This document shows, in pieces, positions 61,162 through 64,000 of a stretch of 64,000 nucleotides of DNA (position 1 is its first letter; every line of letters starts with the position of its first letter). Source of the stretch: Candidatus Latescibacterota bacterium (GTDB lineage: Bacteria > Latescibacterota > UBA2968 > UBA8231); assembly GCA_965221775.1 (NCBI GenBank), contig CBDCSU010000006.1, forward strand, positions 1,376,001 to 1,440,000. The letters are read 5' to 3'. Below the pieces are notes generated by a model. The model had not been told where the DNA came from and did not search any database. It saw only the letters and a list, made by a program, of their open reading frames with translations. The translations under genes were made by a program, and so were the position numbers.

Positions 61162-62985
61162 CTACTCCGGGGCCGCGGCGGCGCGCAGGGCCGCCTCGAT
61201 GCGGTCCTTCACCCGGTAGGGGTCGATGTCGACGACCGGGTCCGCCCCGAGGGAACGGCCCTCGGCCATCGCTTCCCGCAGCCTTTCCCGCCGGTCCTCG
61301 TCGACCCAGAAGACCTGCCAGTCGGTCATCTGCTGGGTGCGCTTGGGGAAATAGAACTCCGGGAAGCGGAGGTGGTCCCAGTGCAGGAGCCGCATGAAGG
61401 GCGCGTGCCAGAAGGGCACGTAGAAGGCCTCGTCCTGAACGATGGCGTCGAGGTCGTGCATCGCCGCCAGCCGGCGCTCCTTGTCGGTGTCGAAGCGGTA
61501 GACGTCGATGAGGGAGTCGGTGTGCGCGGTCCCGAAGGCCCAGACGTTGTTGTTGTTCTTCGACTCCTTGAAGACGGTGGAGAAGTACTGGTGGGGGCTC
61601 GGGAAGAGGCCGGCGGTGCGCCCCATGATCGTCATCTCGTACTCCCGCTCCAGGCCGTTGCGGAAGGCGGTGCCGGGCTCCAGCAGGCGCAGGGACATGT
61701 CGACGCCGAAGCGCTGGAAGGTCTGCTTCACCACCGTCATATGGCGCTCCAGTCCCTTGCTTCCGTACGAGAGGGTGAAGGCGGCGCGGGTGCCCTCGCC
61801 GTCGACGAGAATGCCGTCCTCGCCCCGGCGGGTGAAGCCCGCCGCCTTCAGGTGCTCGCGCGCCTTGCGCGGGTCGAAGCCGTACGGCACCAGGTCCCGG
61901 TTCTCGTACTCGGTGCCGGTGAAGGCCGAGACCTGCCGGTAGTAGGCATTGTGCATCAGCTTGGAGTTGATCTCGTCGAAGTGGAAGAGGTACTGGATCG
62001 CCTTGCGGAAGTCCTTGTTCCGGAAGATCGGCCGCTCGAGGTTCATGGCGAAGCCGTACACGCCCTGGGGAAAGTCGATGAAGAGCCGCTTGCGGTGGGC
62101 CCAGCCCTGCTGCAGGGCCTCGAAGTCCATCTCCTCGGCCCACATGCGGGCCGTGTTCACGCTGTAGTAGTCGAGCTCTCCCTTCTTGAAGAAATCGAAG
62201 GCGCGGTCGGTGTCGTCGATGACGCGCACGTGGATGCGGTCGACGTTGTAGAGGCCCCGCATGTAGTGCTTGTCCCGGCCCCACCAGTCCTTCAGGCGTT
62301 CGAAGACGACGTACTGCCCCGGCACCCGCTCGGTGAGCACGTAGGCGCCCTGCACCGGCAGGACGGCGTCGTTGTAGCGGTCGGGAAACCCCTCCTCGAG
62401 GGTGACGGCGTGCCTCGGGGTCGCCCAGAGAGCGAACATGTCCAGGGGACGCCAGCTCTCGAACCGGCCCACCACCTTGAGCACGTGAGGCTCCAAGGCG
62501 ACGACCTCCTCGAAGTAGTCCTCGGCGTACTGGTTGAAGAAGGGGTCGACGATGTGCTCGCTGCGCATCATCTGCCAGGTGTGCACGTAGTCCTCGGCCG
62601 TGATCGGCCTGCCGTCGCTCCAGCGGGCGTCGGGATCGAGCCTGTAATAGATGGTCCGCCCGTCCTCCTGCACCGACCAGTGGGTGGCCATGACCGGGAT
62701 GTGGCGGTCCGTCGTGGGGTGGCGCGTGACCATGGTCAGGGCCATGGTGAGGGCCCGCTTCCAGGCGGCGAAGGCGTCGTTGGCGTTGGGGCCGACGATG
62801 CGCAGGGTCAGGGGGTAGGCGGTCATGAAGGTGCGGAACTCGCCCCCCTTGCGGGCGGCGGCATCGCCGATGGGCGGGTCGTCGGTGTTGGTCTCCCACT
62901 CGATGGCGGAGAGATCCTCGGCGCCGCCACGGGCGCCCAGGGCGAGGAGGAGCAGGGGGATGATGAGAGGGAAGCGGCGCCCCAT
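61162..62985 (-). CDS. Family 5 extracellular solute-binding protein (YejA-like)
   Basis: Signal peptide from ATG 62985; ARKGG, ARWSDGRPITAED and GLYNVDRI motifs. Confidence 0.85.
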   Translation of the reverse strand: MGRRFPLIIPLLLLALGARGGAEDLSAIEWETNTDDPPIGDAAARKGGEFRTFMTAYPLTLRIVGPNANDAFAAWKRALTMALTMVTRHPTTDRHIPVMATHWSVQEDGRTIYYRLDPDARWSDGRPITAEDYVHTWQMMRSEHIVDPFFNQYAEDYFEEVVALEPHVLKVVGRFESWRPLDMFALWATPRHAVTLEEGFPDRYNDAVLPVQGAYVLTERVPGQYVVFERLKDWWGRDKHYMRGLYNVDRIHVRVIDDTDRAFDFFKKGELDYYSVNTARMWAEEMDFEALQQGWAHRKRLFIDFPQGVYGFAMNLERPIFRNKDFRKAIQYLFHFDEINSKLMHNAYYRQVSAFTGTEYENRDLVPYGFDPRKAREHLKAAGFTRRGEDGILVDGEGTRAAFTLSYGSKGLERHMTVVKQTFQRFGVDMSLRLLEPGTAFRNGLEREYEMTIMGRTAGLFPSPHQYFSTVFKESKNNNNVWAFGTAHTDSLIDVYRFDTDKERRLAAMHDLDAIVQDEAFYVPFWHAPFMRLLHWDHLRFPEFYFPKRTQQMTDWQVFWVDEDRRERLREAMAEGRSLGADPVVDIDPYRVKDRIEAALRAAAAPE

Positions 62986-62999
62986 GGCGGTCCTTTCGT

Positions 63000-64000
63000 C
63001 TATCGGTAGTGGGCGTACTGCTTGGGGTCGAAGGCCTCGCGGATCGACTCGCCCACGAGGGTCACCAGCACGAGAGTTGCGGAGAGGGCCGAGAAGGGGG
63101 CCACGGAGAGCCAGATCTTGTCGCGGTTTTGGCTGTCCAGGGCCTGGTCGATCATCTCGCCCCAGCTCGGCGTCGGCGCCGGCAGGCCGTAGCCGAGGTA
63201 GTCCAGGGCCGTCAGGGCGCTGATGGCGCCGACGAGAGCGAAGGGCGTGATCGTCACCAGGGGCGTCAGGCAGTTGGGCAGCAGGTGGCGGAAGATCAGC
63301 CGCCGGCGCGAGGCCCCGAAGGAGCGCGCCGCCAGGCAGTAGTCGCGCGTCTTCTCGCGGTAGACCTCGGTGCGCATGTAGTAGGTCATGCGGATCCACT
63401 CGAAGAGGGCCATGATCACCAGCAGCAGCCCGAAACTGGGCTTGAAGAACGTGGCCAGGAGGATGACCACGTAGAGGAAGGGCAGGGTCGACCAGATCTC
63501 TATGAAGCGCTGGCTGAGGATATCGAAGCGGCCGCCCACGAAGCCCTGCAGGGCGCCGATGGCGGTGCCCGCCGCCTGGCTGGTGAAGACCAGGGCCACG
63601 GCAAAGAGGATGGAGATGCGGAAACCGTAGAGGAGCCGGGCGAAGACGTCCCGGCCCTGGGAGTCGGTGCCGAACCAGTGCCGGGAGTCGGGGGGGTTGG
63701 GCGGCGGATCTTCATAGCTGAAGTCGGGCTCGTAGGGGTCGAAGGGGACGACCGGCATCCACACCCAGTCGCCGCCGCCGGCCTCCTGGAACCGCGCCCG
63801 CAGGGCCGCGTAGTCGGCCTCGACGTCGTCGAAGCCGTACTCGTCCTGCTGGCCGAAGGTGGCCATGTCGTGGAAGCGGAAAGTGGGGAAGAAGTACTCC
63901 CCCTGGTAGTGGACGACGATGGCCCGCCGGTTGGCGACGTAGTTGGAGAGCAGGGACAGGACGGTGAGGCCCAGCAGGATCAGGAAGGAGACGTAGCCCC
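63000..64000 (-). CDS. Peptide ABC transporter permease (YejE/OppC-like), 5' end beyond the window
   Basis: FGTDSQGRDVFARLLYGFRIS, EAA-like AARSFGAS..R.IFRHLLPN and PSWGEM motifs; frame stays open to the window edge. Confidence 0.88.
   Translation of the reverse strand, partial: GYVSFLILLGLTVLSLLSNYVANRRAIVVHYQGEYFFPTFRFHDMATFGQQDEYGFDDVEADYAALRARFQEAGGGDWVWMPVVPFDPYEPDFSYEDPPPNPPDSRHWFGTDSQGRDVFARLLYGFRISILFAVALVFTSQAAGTAIGALQGFVGGRFDILSQRFIEIWSTLPFLYVVILLATFFKPSFGLLLVIMALFEWIRMTYYMRTEVYREKTRDYCLAARSFGASRRRLIFRHLLPNCLTPLVTITPFALVGAISALTALDYLGYGLPAPTPSWGEMIDQALDSQNRDKIWLSVAPFSALSATLVLVTLVGESIREAFDPKQYAHYR

Overview
Very GC-rich, densely coding bacterial window. Features such as FlgD-Ig/dockerin proteins, a group II GGGP synthase and many PhyH/Gfo/GH-like paralogs suggest an FCB-group or Latescibacterota-like organism, but this is inference only. 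(1) 1-21.1 kb: an uncharacterised catabolic island with three ~650-aa paralogs of an unknown family, three GHL10-like TIM-barrel paralogs, two Gfo/Idh/MocA oxidoreductases, and OCD-like, serine-hydrolase, dienelactone-hydrolase-like, NIF3-like, M19-like and PhyH genes, plus a secreted modular protein. (2) 21.2-23.4 kb: a lower-GC islet (pentapeptide repeat protein plus nucleotidyl-cyclase-like gene). (3) 23.4-52 kb: mostly housekeeping genes (trmH, hemH, degP, clpB, ppk2, metK, ptsI/ptsH, GGGPS, alaS, recX, recA, pgpA, pgsA, recR, dnaX, large SRP RNA, 3 tRNAs, tadA, lysA). (4) 52-59.2 kb: a tightly coupled 8-gene operon built around a GlmL/MutL-like ASKHA ATPase and several unknown membrane proteins, with no mutase genes beside it; this is the best candidate for an undescribed system. 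(5) 59.2-64 kb: a Yej/Opp-type peptide ABC transporter. No CRISPR array, integrase or transposase was seen. All calls come from motif recognition; no database searches were run.
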